Source of the DNA: Octopus bimaculoides
Taxonomy: Eukaryota
Reading direction: 5' to 3'
Length of the DNA stretch: 34,783 nt
NCBI RefSeq assembly: GCF_001194135.2
Contig: NC_068981.1
Location: forward strand, 125,633,189-125,667,971
Shown here: positions 22,321 through 33,074 of the stretch, one piece after another
Position numbering within the stretch: position 1 is the first letter of the stretch
Layout: the number at the start of each line of letters is the position of its first letter
Position numbers and translations under genes: made by a program
The notes under the pieces: model-generated
Databases searched by the model: none
The model's input: only the letters and a program-made list of their open reading frames with translations
What the model was told of the DNA's origin: nothing

Positions 22321-24394
22321 TAATTTACTCGTCAAATTCTAAAAGCTCAAGATAACATATTCTCTGTAGCTTCTTTACGATCTGTTCTAGATGGCTTTCT
22401 TCCCGATATATTTACTCACCATACAATTAAAGAAGAAATTATTGAAATTGCTCATTACTAATTCATCCCCACTTTAGACAGCATGTTTTTGAACATTGAA
22501 AAGTATCAAATTAGACATTAGTGTGGGGAAAAATTGACTTGGAATCCTGCAGAGGAAAGAATTTTGATTGCTAAACACCAAAAATTATTCAGATATTTTA
22601 TCAGTTACCTCAATTACAACTGGGTCAAATTTGAGGAAAAATTTCTTGAAAAAACTCCTATCACCCTTTTCAAACTTTCAACTTCAATTATGCTGACCAA
22701 TTTTCACTACCAAAGATGATGTAACAGTACAAAATGACGATGCAATATTTGCAATGTAATAGTTTCAATGAAACAAAAATAAATAACAAAAAAGATACTC
22801 ATTTTACCCCACTTACCCATTTTGCCCCATCCCAATAATTTGAAGGAAATTTGCCTGCTATATCTTGCAGGTCGAACACCCACGTATTGGCTTCCGTGAG
22901 AATCTACAAAGAACTCTAAATCCATACAAAAACCTAGCCGTTGGTAATACTTGTCACAAATAATTAATTTTCAAAATCAAAGAAAAGATTGCTTTAGCTG
23001 CTTATAAAACCGAAATCTAATATTGAACGTCTCAGCTTGGAGAGCACAAGAAGCTAAAAAGCTAAGTTAGATAATTAAATTTAGCCATTTCTCTTTTATA
23101 GACCACCACAATTTATTATACCTTTTGTAGAAAGTTTATTGATCTGAATATAAAGTTTATGCTATATTTTAACCTTCAGCATTTTCTTGGGTTTTTCCCT
23201 ATATTTTTTATCCGAATCTTATATACAAGCTAAGAAAGCTTATTTGTCGTCAAGAGAAAAGTAGCTGAAGGATTGAATATGATAAAATGCCATAGACACA
23301 CACAAAAAAAGTTCCAAGTAAACTTTTCTGCACTTGCAAAAGTTACAAAATTCAAGTGGCATTGTTGTCTTATGCCTTTTTCTTCATTTCAATTGAAAAT
23401 TCAAATTTTGGTAAGATCTTGTTACCCAGAGAACAGCTACAAATTTTGAAAGAACAAAAATCCTTTTTCAAGAAGCGAGAGAAATGACACCTAGTCAAAT
23501 GGGCCGCACTACTAAAAAAATTGAAGGTAATTTTTCTTCAGACGTGCCTTTCAGAAAGTCACACGGGTCGTAGGTTGTCCATGACTTGATTAAAGTGAAT
23601 AGCAGTTAGGGAACACTTAATAAGTAAAGGAATAGAAGTATTATTCTGGAAAAGCTATCATCACAATTAAACGGTAACACTCTGCGTCTGGTATGAATGA
23701 TTATCAAATCAGAATTTCTTTTTTTAAAGTCGAAAATCTATTTTTCATAAAGTAGCCTCATTGTTATTGGGCATACCTTCACAAGTGTGCCCTCGACTTT
23801 GTTCCCTCATAACTTTCAGAAAAATGGCTATTTTTTAATACTTTCTACAAATATGCTTTATATGGGTTAGATTACGATTATATCAGAATATTTTCTGAAA
23901 TAAATTTTTCGAGGGGTCGGGAGAGGAGTTACAGAAAGTTCATATGGATCGTTTTTATTTCCTCATAACTTGCAGAAAAATAACCATTTTTATCGCATAT
24001 TTTCACTAGATTCCTTTCAAGTGGGGTAGATAACGATTATATCGCAATTTATGTAGGGAAGGGACACATGTATGTAGCTATATCATTTTATATTGTACCA
24101 CATATTCTTCTTGTTTATTATTGGTGACTCGTTACTTAATCCAAAGTTATTTTTGCTCGTATCTGAAGGTAACCACAACACGTAGAATCCTAAATATCAC
24201 TCGGTTATATATTTCAGAGAGAAAATGCAACGCATGATTGTTCTTGAGGCTTTAAAAAATAAAATTCTTGGTACTCCCTTCTAAGTCTTCGTGATTCAAA
24301 ATAAATTTGCATGCTATCAGTATATTATGCAATACATTATGTAATCGACTTATGATTTTTTCTCTCTCGAACGTTAGAGTTTTAGTACCACTCT

Positions 24395-24427
<33 letters not shown>

Positions 24428-24707
24428 NNNNNNNNNNNNNNNNNNNNNNNNNNNNNNNNNNNNNNNNNNNNNNNNNNNNNNNNNNNNNNNNNNNNNNNNN
24501 NNNNNNNNNNNNNNNNNNNNNNNNNNNNNNNNNNNNNNNNNNNNNNNNNNNNNNNNNNNNNNNNNNNNNNNNNNNNNNNNNNNNNNNNNNNNNNNNNNNN
24601 NNNNNNNNNNNNNNNNNNNNNNNNNNNNNNNNNNNNNNNNNNNNNNNNNNNNNNNNNNNNNNNNNNNNNNNNNNNNNNNNNNNNNNNNNNNNNNNNNNNN
24701 NNNNNNN
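24428..24707. other. Assembly gap
   Basis: N run. Confidence 1.
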
Positions 24708-25278
24708 TGAAGGTGTGTGCAGTTGGATGTGAGCACGTATGTCTGCCCTTTAATGGTTTTGTTACATAAGCACAAAAGAACTTTCTTTTAGAGGAGTGTA
24801 AATGAGAAGTTATAACGTTCGTTCTTTTCCTTAAAAAAAAAAAAAACCAAAAAAAAACATTAGCTATGGAAATGAATCGCCGCGATTATAATCAGAGATC
24901 AAGAAGTTATTTGTAGCCTGTCCTCTGTATCATGTAATAGACAGGATATATTTCTCTGCTATGCATGCATCATATATGATAGGTTTTCTCAATTTTTTTT
25001 TTTTTTTTTTTAAATTCCAGAATAACTTAGGACTTATAAAAAGAAAGCTTTATATTACTCAGAACGTATGAAATAGGGGCTAACTGAAAGTCTGAAAACA
25101 AACATTGACGTCTAGGACAAACGTAGAAAAATGTTTTGGACAGGCAAAGGGTTATGTTACAACTTCTGCGCTAGTTTTATGGTATGATCACTGCAACTTT
25201 TTGAGAAGCTATAAAAATTAAAATTTGTTTAAAGAAAGAAAACACTTAGGAAATAGGCGGTGGAAGAATTAATATAAT

Positions 25279-25613
25279 GGCTGTGTGGTAAGAAGTTTGC
25301 TTCTTAACTACATTGTCTAACACTATTTAACCTCAGGTCGACCAGTGGATTTTGGTAGGCAGAAAGTGAAAGAAGCTCGTTGTATACATATATATATCTG
25401 TTTGCCTTCGTGCATGTGTTTGTCCTCCTCCCCCACTACTCGACAATCTTTATTTCCTGTTTAAGTCCTCGTAAATTAGTGATTCAGCAAGAGATCGTTC
25501 GAATAAATACAAGGCTTTAAAAAAATAAGTAGTGGAGTCATTTCGTTAGATTAAAATTCTTGTAGGCGATGCCCCATCAAGGACACAGTCTAATGAATGA
25601 AAAAGGTAAAAGA
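25279..25613 (+). mobile_element. SINE family B, old complete copy
   Basis: Head, short internal TA run and tail are all recognisable but diverged. Confidence 0.65.
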
Positions 25614-26475
25614 TGGACATAATTCTCATATTTATGAAGATGGGGGAAAAGGATTGATTACCTGTTGTTTGTGGTTGTCGAACACCGGGTCAGCTCTGAT
25701 TAAATATTCATATGCTCAAGAGCATTCATACCTGTTTTGTTTTCAATCACTACTTTATTCAATTTGTTATTTTAGAAAAACGCTAAGTGTAATTTTGAGG
25801 GAGATTTTGGGGATCTAATATCTCGGAGACATAAATGCTATATTTATAAATTTTCACTCTTTCTCTGCATCTAAATCATGTTCGAGATTATTTTGCCTTA
25901 AAATAAGAATCATCAATAAATTAATTGTGCTCAGACCTTGATTTTTAGCCTTATCACATAGGAGTAACTCATCAGTGACCATAGCAACTCAAGTTTGATC
26001 CTCAGATTGGACATTGTATGGTAGTGAAAATCACGAATGCTGTAAGACGTCATATTTTCCATTCTTCTAAAATTCTGTTTCAAAGAAAAATTACGAGAAT
26101 GAAAAAGAAAAATTATATTACGTCGGTGTTTTTTTTTGTTTTTTTTCCTAGTCTCATTGCCGCTATAAACCTAATCAAAGTATTCTCTATTTTGCATCAT
26201 TAAAAGGAACAGTTTTGTGGATTGAAAGAAAAGCAAAATATAACCAGTTTACCAAATTAGAAACGGTAACACTTAATTTCGCAATTTATTCAAAACCCAA
26301 TTTTAATCATTCAGAGATGCGATTCCCCTGCGGCCACACAACTGCTTTTAAAAATTTCAGTAATTTCATTACCTGTCAGAGATACTCCAATACCATAAAG
26401 AACAGCATGTTTATTAGGTGTTTCGGATTGCGCTTCTGTGCGATCCGATGACCCCGAACCATTATCCTGTCTAGT

Positions 26476-26476
<1 letters not shown>

Positions 26477-26560
<84 letters not shown>
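26477..26560. repeat. (AG)42 microsatellite
   Basis: Perfect dinucleotide run. Confidence 0.95.
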
Positions 26561-26563
<3 letters not shown>

Positions 26564-27239
26564 CAACTTTATAAACAACTGTTTTACAATATTTCGATTA
26601 AGTGTTCAATTAGTTGAGATGGTCGCCACCACATTCTGAATTATGGCAGAAAAAAACCCTGTTTTATTTTATTATTTTCAGCTATAAATAGGGAAGGTTT
26701 GGAAGTTTTGCTGTTGCTATTGTGGTCTAGCTTCGAGTTAGCCCTACTCATGCAGACCTATGGTCAAAAGTGTTTCATCCATGCCTAAAACGTCTGTTGT
26801 ATCAGGCATAGTGTACCTAAAACTATCCAATGTAGCCATCATACTTTAAGATAGCAGGGTGTTTGAAATGGATTTGCCCGCCACTTCTAGCAGATCGATC
26901 ACAGTTATTTTGCTTGCTCTCTTAACAAGATGTAGTTGATCGGAGTGTCAGAAATGAATTATATTAAGTCTTTGGCGATTTGCCAGTGATAGTAACTGGT
27001 TAAGTACCCTGTTAAGACCGACTTTACTTATTTTACCAAATTTGAGGTCACCTCTACATAGTCGCTTGACCTGCAAGTAGTAGCAGCGCCAAATCTCCCT
27101 CGTCACACACTACTGTCTTAAATAAAGGAAGAGTCACGTTAGACAATGAAGTCCTACAGAATCTCAAACAGACAGGAATGCCTTTTGTCATGTTTGTTCA
27201 AAATTAACCTGGAGTTAAGTATTAACAGTAATTCTTTCT

Positions 27240-27385
27240 CATTTTGGCACAAGGCCAGCAATGTTGAGCGGAGTTGGAGGAAGACGATTATATCGACCCT
27301 AGTGCTCAACTGGTATTAATTTTATCACCCCCGATGAAGGATGAAAGACAAAGTCGAACTCAGCAGATTTTGAATTCAAAACGTA
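27240..27385 (-). mobile_element. SINE family A, 3' part
   Basis: This is the reverse complement of the tail TTGCTGGCCTTGTGCCAAAAT and of the shared body. Confidence 0.65.
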
Positions 27386-27711
27386 AAAAAACGAAAGAAA
27401 TGCCCCTAAGCAATTTCTCCGGCGTGATAACGATTCTACCATCTTGCCGCCTCATCAATTAACAGTAGTATAATATGTTCGTATGAAACAATTGTTTTCT
27501 GTCCTCAAAAAAAATAAAAAGTTCATTTATTTTCTACCTAACACAATTCATTGTGTCAGCGCAACAGAAAAGTTCTTTATAAATAACCATTCCTTATCGC
27601 CGCCTGCTCCACTCTCCCATCATATACTTCTAGTAGCATCCTATAGGAGCAAAGTAATAATGAATAGAAAGTACAGGCACAAGTTTTTACATAATCTTTT
27701 TTTTTTTTTTT

Positions 27712-28282
27712 TTTTACCTTTTACTTGTTTCAGCAATTGGATTGCGGACATTTTAGGGCACTTTACTGAAGAGTTTTAGTTGAACGAATCTTCCCCATTA
27801 CTTATTTTTTAAAGCCTGGTACTTATTCTATTGTTTTTTTGTTTTTTTTTTTGCCGAACTAAGCTACAGGGATGTAAACGAACTAATACCGATTGTCAAG
27901 TGGTGGTGAACAAACACAAAGGCGCGCACACACTTAACGTTGTATGTTTGTGTGTGTGTATACACACACACACACACACATATACATATATATAGGGTTA
28001 GGGTTACCTGGATATGCATCTATATATATATACATGTAGATGTAGGTATGTACATATATGTATGTATACATGCATATGTTTATATATCATTTGTATTATA
28101 TATATATATATATACACACACACAGGATGAACTTCTTCCAGTTTCCGTCTTCTCTACAATATCCACTCCCAAGGCTTTGGTCGGCCCGAAGCCATATAAT
28201 AAAAGACATTTGCTCAAGATGTCGCGCAGTGGTACTGAACCCAGAACCATGTGGTTAGGAATCTAACTTCTTACCACAAAGC
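27712..28282 (-). mobile_element. SINE family B, complete copy with internal compound microsatellite
   Basis: The tail is at 27712-27930, the microsatellite at 27945-28125 and the head at 28125-28282, all in minus orientation. Confidence 0.75.
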
Positions 28283-28764
28283 TGCGCTTCTTGAATAATA
28301 TTTCCAACGTGCGTACGTGCGTGTAAAACTGTCTTACATGAAAGTTATTTAATATCTCACTGGAATGAAGAGATAGAAATGAAAGATCTCTCTCTCTCTC
28401 TCTCTTTATATATATATATATAGATATATATATAATGAGCATGCTAGAAAAAGTTGCTGAATGCACAGGTAATTTGACTTGCTGATACTTCATAAAAATA
28501 ACAAATGTTAAGTGTATGTCCGTACTAAACGGCAGCTGAATGGTTATCATTCATGTATTGTATTGTGACTAGAATAAACCCTAAATGTTCATTCAATCGA
28601 GTTCAGCACTCCTCTACCATGGCAATCACCTCTGTACAGTTTATATCATCATCAGCATCATCATTCGTTTTAATTCTGATCTGTTTCATTGCCAGATATA
28701 ATAAATGGGAAGAGTTGGGAATTTTGTTTCTTTATTTGTTAGTGTATTGAATAGACATGACAGC

Positions 28765-29960
28765 ACGAAGGGTGATTGATTAGCAGAATCGGTAGGAGCC
28801 TCCACCTGGTTGTACATCATGCTAGAAATAGCAAGCAAATCTCTGTCAAACCATACCTTAATCATCGTAACAGAATTGAAATTCTGATGGGACAGTTATG
28901 GCGGGAATGCGGTTGAGCGACTTGCTAGAAATAGCAGTTAAATCACCATCAAACCACACTTTACCATCTTAGGAAAACGAAAGATGCATTAAACGATGTG
29001 GTCCTTGATATAAAAAGGAGGGGGGATCATAATGGCCGGAACGGTGGGAGTCTCTACGTGGTTGCACGACTTGCTAGAAATAGAAATAGAAACAAGATCA
29101 GTTTCAAACCACACACTTTCATTATCTTAACAAAATGAAGGATACATTAGACATTGTGGTCCTTGACATACAAGAAAGAGGGACAGTCATGGTTGGAACG
29201 CGGTTGTGTGACCTGCTAGGTGTAGCTGCTAGATCTCTCTCAAACCACACGCACCTTTACTATCTTAACGAAATGAAGGATACTTTAGACGATGTGGTCC
29301 TTAATATACAAAAATGCAGGATAGTTATGGCTTAAACAGTAGGGGCGTTTCGGCGGATGCGCGACCTGCAAGATATAGCAGTTAGATCTAGCTCAAACCA
29401 CGCACCTTTGCCAGTGTAACGAAATGAAAAATACTGTGGACGATGTGGTTCTTCATATATTAAAAAGCGGGATGGGCATGACTGGAGTACTAGGAACCTC
29501 TACGCGGTTGCTGACCTGCTAGATATAGCAGCTAGATCTCCCTCAAGCTATACACACACACACACACCTTTACTGTCATACCGAAATGAAGGATACCTCG
29601 GACGATGTGTCCTTGATCTGCAAAAAACAAAAAACAAAAAAAAAAACGAAAAAACCCGAAGAAACATGGATTGTCATAGCTGGAACGCCTTCCATCATAG
29701 GTCTGCTTAGACTTACAGCTAAGTAATATAACAACAGCGACAGCAACTACACGAGTTGTATGTAAGAGTGTGATATAAGTCAACTTTGAACGACGTGGTC
29801 CTTGATATACAAAACGATAGGGTTGTCATGGTTGGAACTCCTTCGATCATACGTCTACTCAGACCTTATGACTTTATAGCTAAGTAATAATAATAATAAT
29901 AACAACAACAACCACAATAACGGAATACAAGTTGTATGTAAGTGTGTTTGTGATATAAGG
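28765..29960 (+). repeat. Diverged tandem array of about 150-bp units derived from a dispersed SINE-like repeat
   Basis: The anchor GACYTGCTAGA.ATAGC recurs at about 28821, 28924, 29073, 29215, 29368 and 29518. The anchor GATGTGGTCCTT recurs at about 28995, 29153, 29291, 29442, 29604 and 29792. Single dispersed copies of the same sequence occur near 5800, 12180, 26710 (-) and 27045. Confidence 0.85.
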
Positions 29961-30039
29961 CTTCCATAGTTTATGTCAATTATAAGCAACGGTAGTTATG
30001 TAAAGCCAAAAACTCTATATTGCTGTCATGCTACAGCTG

Positions 30040-30744
30040 CTACACGCGTGGCAGTGAAGACGAGGCTACTATTTGTCGGGCGAGAAAGTCGTCTGCAGTC
30101 GGCTTTTCAGAAATTGACATTACCGCATTAGATATATCACACAAATAGCACAACAACCAACCCAGTGGTTTTTACGATTAATATAGATATCAACATCTCT
30201 TTTGTTGCTGTTATTATTCCTGTATTTTTTTTCTTCCCCACTCTTGCTTAATTATTTCATATTTCAAACTAAGATTCTAAAATTGCATTATAAACTACTT
30301 TCATTGATTGAAACAAATATATATGTTTTTTTCTTCTTCAGTGGATGAGAAGAGAAGTATATTAAATAATTTGCAAATCGCTTTTATTAAGGATTAAAAA
30401 AAAAAAAAAGAATCCCCTAACCCCAGAAGGAGAGGTATGTCAGTGATGAAGATGATGACCAAAACAAACGTGTACTGCGTTTATAATTATGGTTTCACTT
30501 GATAAAGAAAGGTTGTATTTCCAAATAAGTCAAGGAAAGAATAACCAAAATCAAATAAGGTTCTTTAACTTAATTTATTTCTATTTTTATATATTTTTTC
30601 TCCCCGCGATCTTCCTATATTCATAAGTTATTGTCATCTTTTAAGAATAATTACAAAAATATATATATATATCAAAATATCAAACCCAATCAAGGTAGAA
30701 AAACACAAAAAAAGGCCGTTGTTTAGAAAACACTAGAAACCAGA
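30040..30744 (+). promoter_or_regulatory. Probable promoter/TSS and 5' UTR of Slo2
   Basis: A unique GC/CpG-rich island (30040-30125) is followed by AT-rich non-repetitive sequence up to the ATG. A possible UTR intron has donor GAG|GTATGT at 30435 and candidate acceptors near 30628 and 30645. The TSS is inferred, not seen. Confidence 0.35.
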
Positions 30745-30842
30745 ATGGTATCTCAGGCGGATTTTCAAGTACCACCTCTTCCTCCTCGATATCGCTTCAG
30801 GGATTTAATTTGGGGTGAATCTGGACATCAGGACGAAACCAG
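30745..30842 (+). CDS. Slo2: First coding exon of a sodium-activated potassium channel (Slo2 / KCNT1-KCNT2, Slack/Slick family); the rest of the gene lies beyond the window
   Basis: ATG at 30745 follows an in-frame TAG (30724-30726). Translation is [32 protein letters not shown] plus AG, then the donor AG|GTAAAT and a T-rich intron. It matches the remembered vertebrate KCNT2 N-terminus [32 protein letters not shown], with [13 protein letters not shown] identical. The phase-2 AG would complete the conserved Arg. Confidence 0.92.
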
Positions 30843-31844
30843 GTAAATTCATTAATAATGTTGAAAAGTATTTCGTTGAATATTTCCTTTCTTTTCTCTT
30901 TTACTCATTCTTTGATTATATTTCCTACTTTCGATTTCTTTTTTTTGTTTTTACCTTTTATTTTTCAATCGTCTTTCTCCACTTCCATTACCAATTATTC
31001 TTTTTTCTTTTACATATCAGCTTTTCTCAGTTTCCTTATATTCCCTATAAATCTCATTTCTGAAAAAAGCCTTGTCTGACTGTGTTTAATACTCTTCATT
31101 TAATTTATAAGTTTTACTTTTTTTTTTCATTGACTTTTTTTTACCGTCTTTGATCATTCTCGCCCGCTGTCAATATACTCGTGCCAATTCGCGTGTTTAT
31201 ACACACATACACACATATGTATATAGATGTGTGTGTATGCATGTGTGCAGTTGTGTATATGTGTGCATATGCGTGTCTAGATCGCAACGTGACACGTTGT
31301 AACAATAGTTGTCACGCGTGGCTATTCAAAATATTTCAATGTGTCGATATGAACGGTAAATTCACAATATGTTCTACATGTCAACGTGTATACGTTCTAT
31401 TTTACTGTTTTTATATGCAATTATAAATGTTGTTGCTATAAATAAGACTGAAGTATAAACGAAAATTGTTACATCAAATACAGATATACACGCATATTAA
31501 AATAATAATCATGCATATATAAACAATACAATGCATTTAATGTGCGTGTGTGAGTGTGCACGCGCGTGCACATGCAAAACATTGCTTTGACGTACAATTT
31601 CCATGCTTGCATGGGTCAGACGGAATTCATTGAGACAGACTTTCTACAGCTGGATGCCCCTCCTGTCACCAACATTCACCAGTTTTCTAAGTAAGGGAAT
31701 ATGCTTTTCACAGAAAACTGGAAACGAAAAACATAATTTGTATGACGATGATGTTTGTTTTACAAACATCACGTGATGTCATACACACAGGAGTACACAC
31801 AAACGAATATACATATGCACACACGCACATACTCACACATATAT

Positions 31845-31845
31845 A

Positions 31846-31930
<85 letters not shown>
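31845..31930. repeat. (TA)n(CA)n microsatellite
   Basis: Seen directly. Confidence 0.9.
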
Positions 31931-31933
<3 letters not shown>

Positions 31934-32249
31934 CTGTTTTCTTTCAATTCCCATTTACTAAATCCAGTCACAAGACTTAAGTTGGCTCAAGGCTGTTGTA
32001 AAAAAAACTCTTGCCCTAACTGCAGCCCAGTGGAACTGAACCCAAAACCACATGGTTGGAAAGCTAACTTCTCAACTACATAGCACATGTGCATGATCCC
32101 TAACATAGTGGTTCGGCAAAAGAGACTGATAGAATAAGTAGCAGGCTTACAAAGAAAAAGTCAAGGGGTTGATTTTTTTCAACTAAAAGACGGTGCTTCA
32201 GCATGGCCACAGTCAAAATGACTGAAACAAAGGGAGTAAAGAAAAAGAG
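31931..32249. mobile_element. SINE family B: minus-strand 5' half (31931-32084) abutting a plus-strand 3' half (32097-32249)
   Basis: Direct comparison with the complete copies in this window. Confidence 0.7.
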
Positions 32250-32622
<373 letters not shown>

Positions 32623-33074
32623 TTATCTTTAAACAGCCAAATCAAAAGATATCCAGTAAAGACCCTGAAGAAACTGCACCAGTTTTATAGTAGGGTTGCA
32701 ATTGCAACAGTTACTAATTGGTGCAATTGAAACATGTGTTGGTCTATGTAAGATGGTATATAAATTTAAGTAAAGGTAATGCTATGCAACTTTGTAGTAA
32801 TCCTTATTATTAATATTGTTAATATTTATAGTCCAGGAAACCTATATGGTTAAGGAAATATATATATATATATATGCGCTATATGTTTATACGTGCACGT
32901 GCATGCAAATATACAAATATAGACTGAGTATGTGTGTAAATGTATCTTATTTGTATTTGTGCATGCATGTGTGTGTGTGTGTGTGTATATATATATACAC
33001 ACACACTTACATACAAATCTGTATGCATTATATATATGTGTGTGTGTATATATATATATACATACATATACATA

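Noticed and set aside
22707-22925. MDLEFFVDS resembling Slo2 exon-2 VEFYVNEN
   Set aside because: It is on the wrong strand, upstream of exon 1, and has no further similarity.
28765-29960. CRISPR-like repeat-spacer appearance
   Set aside because: Whole units are homologous and diverged, with no invariant repeat or unique spacers, no cas genes, and a eukaryotic SINE origin.
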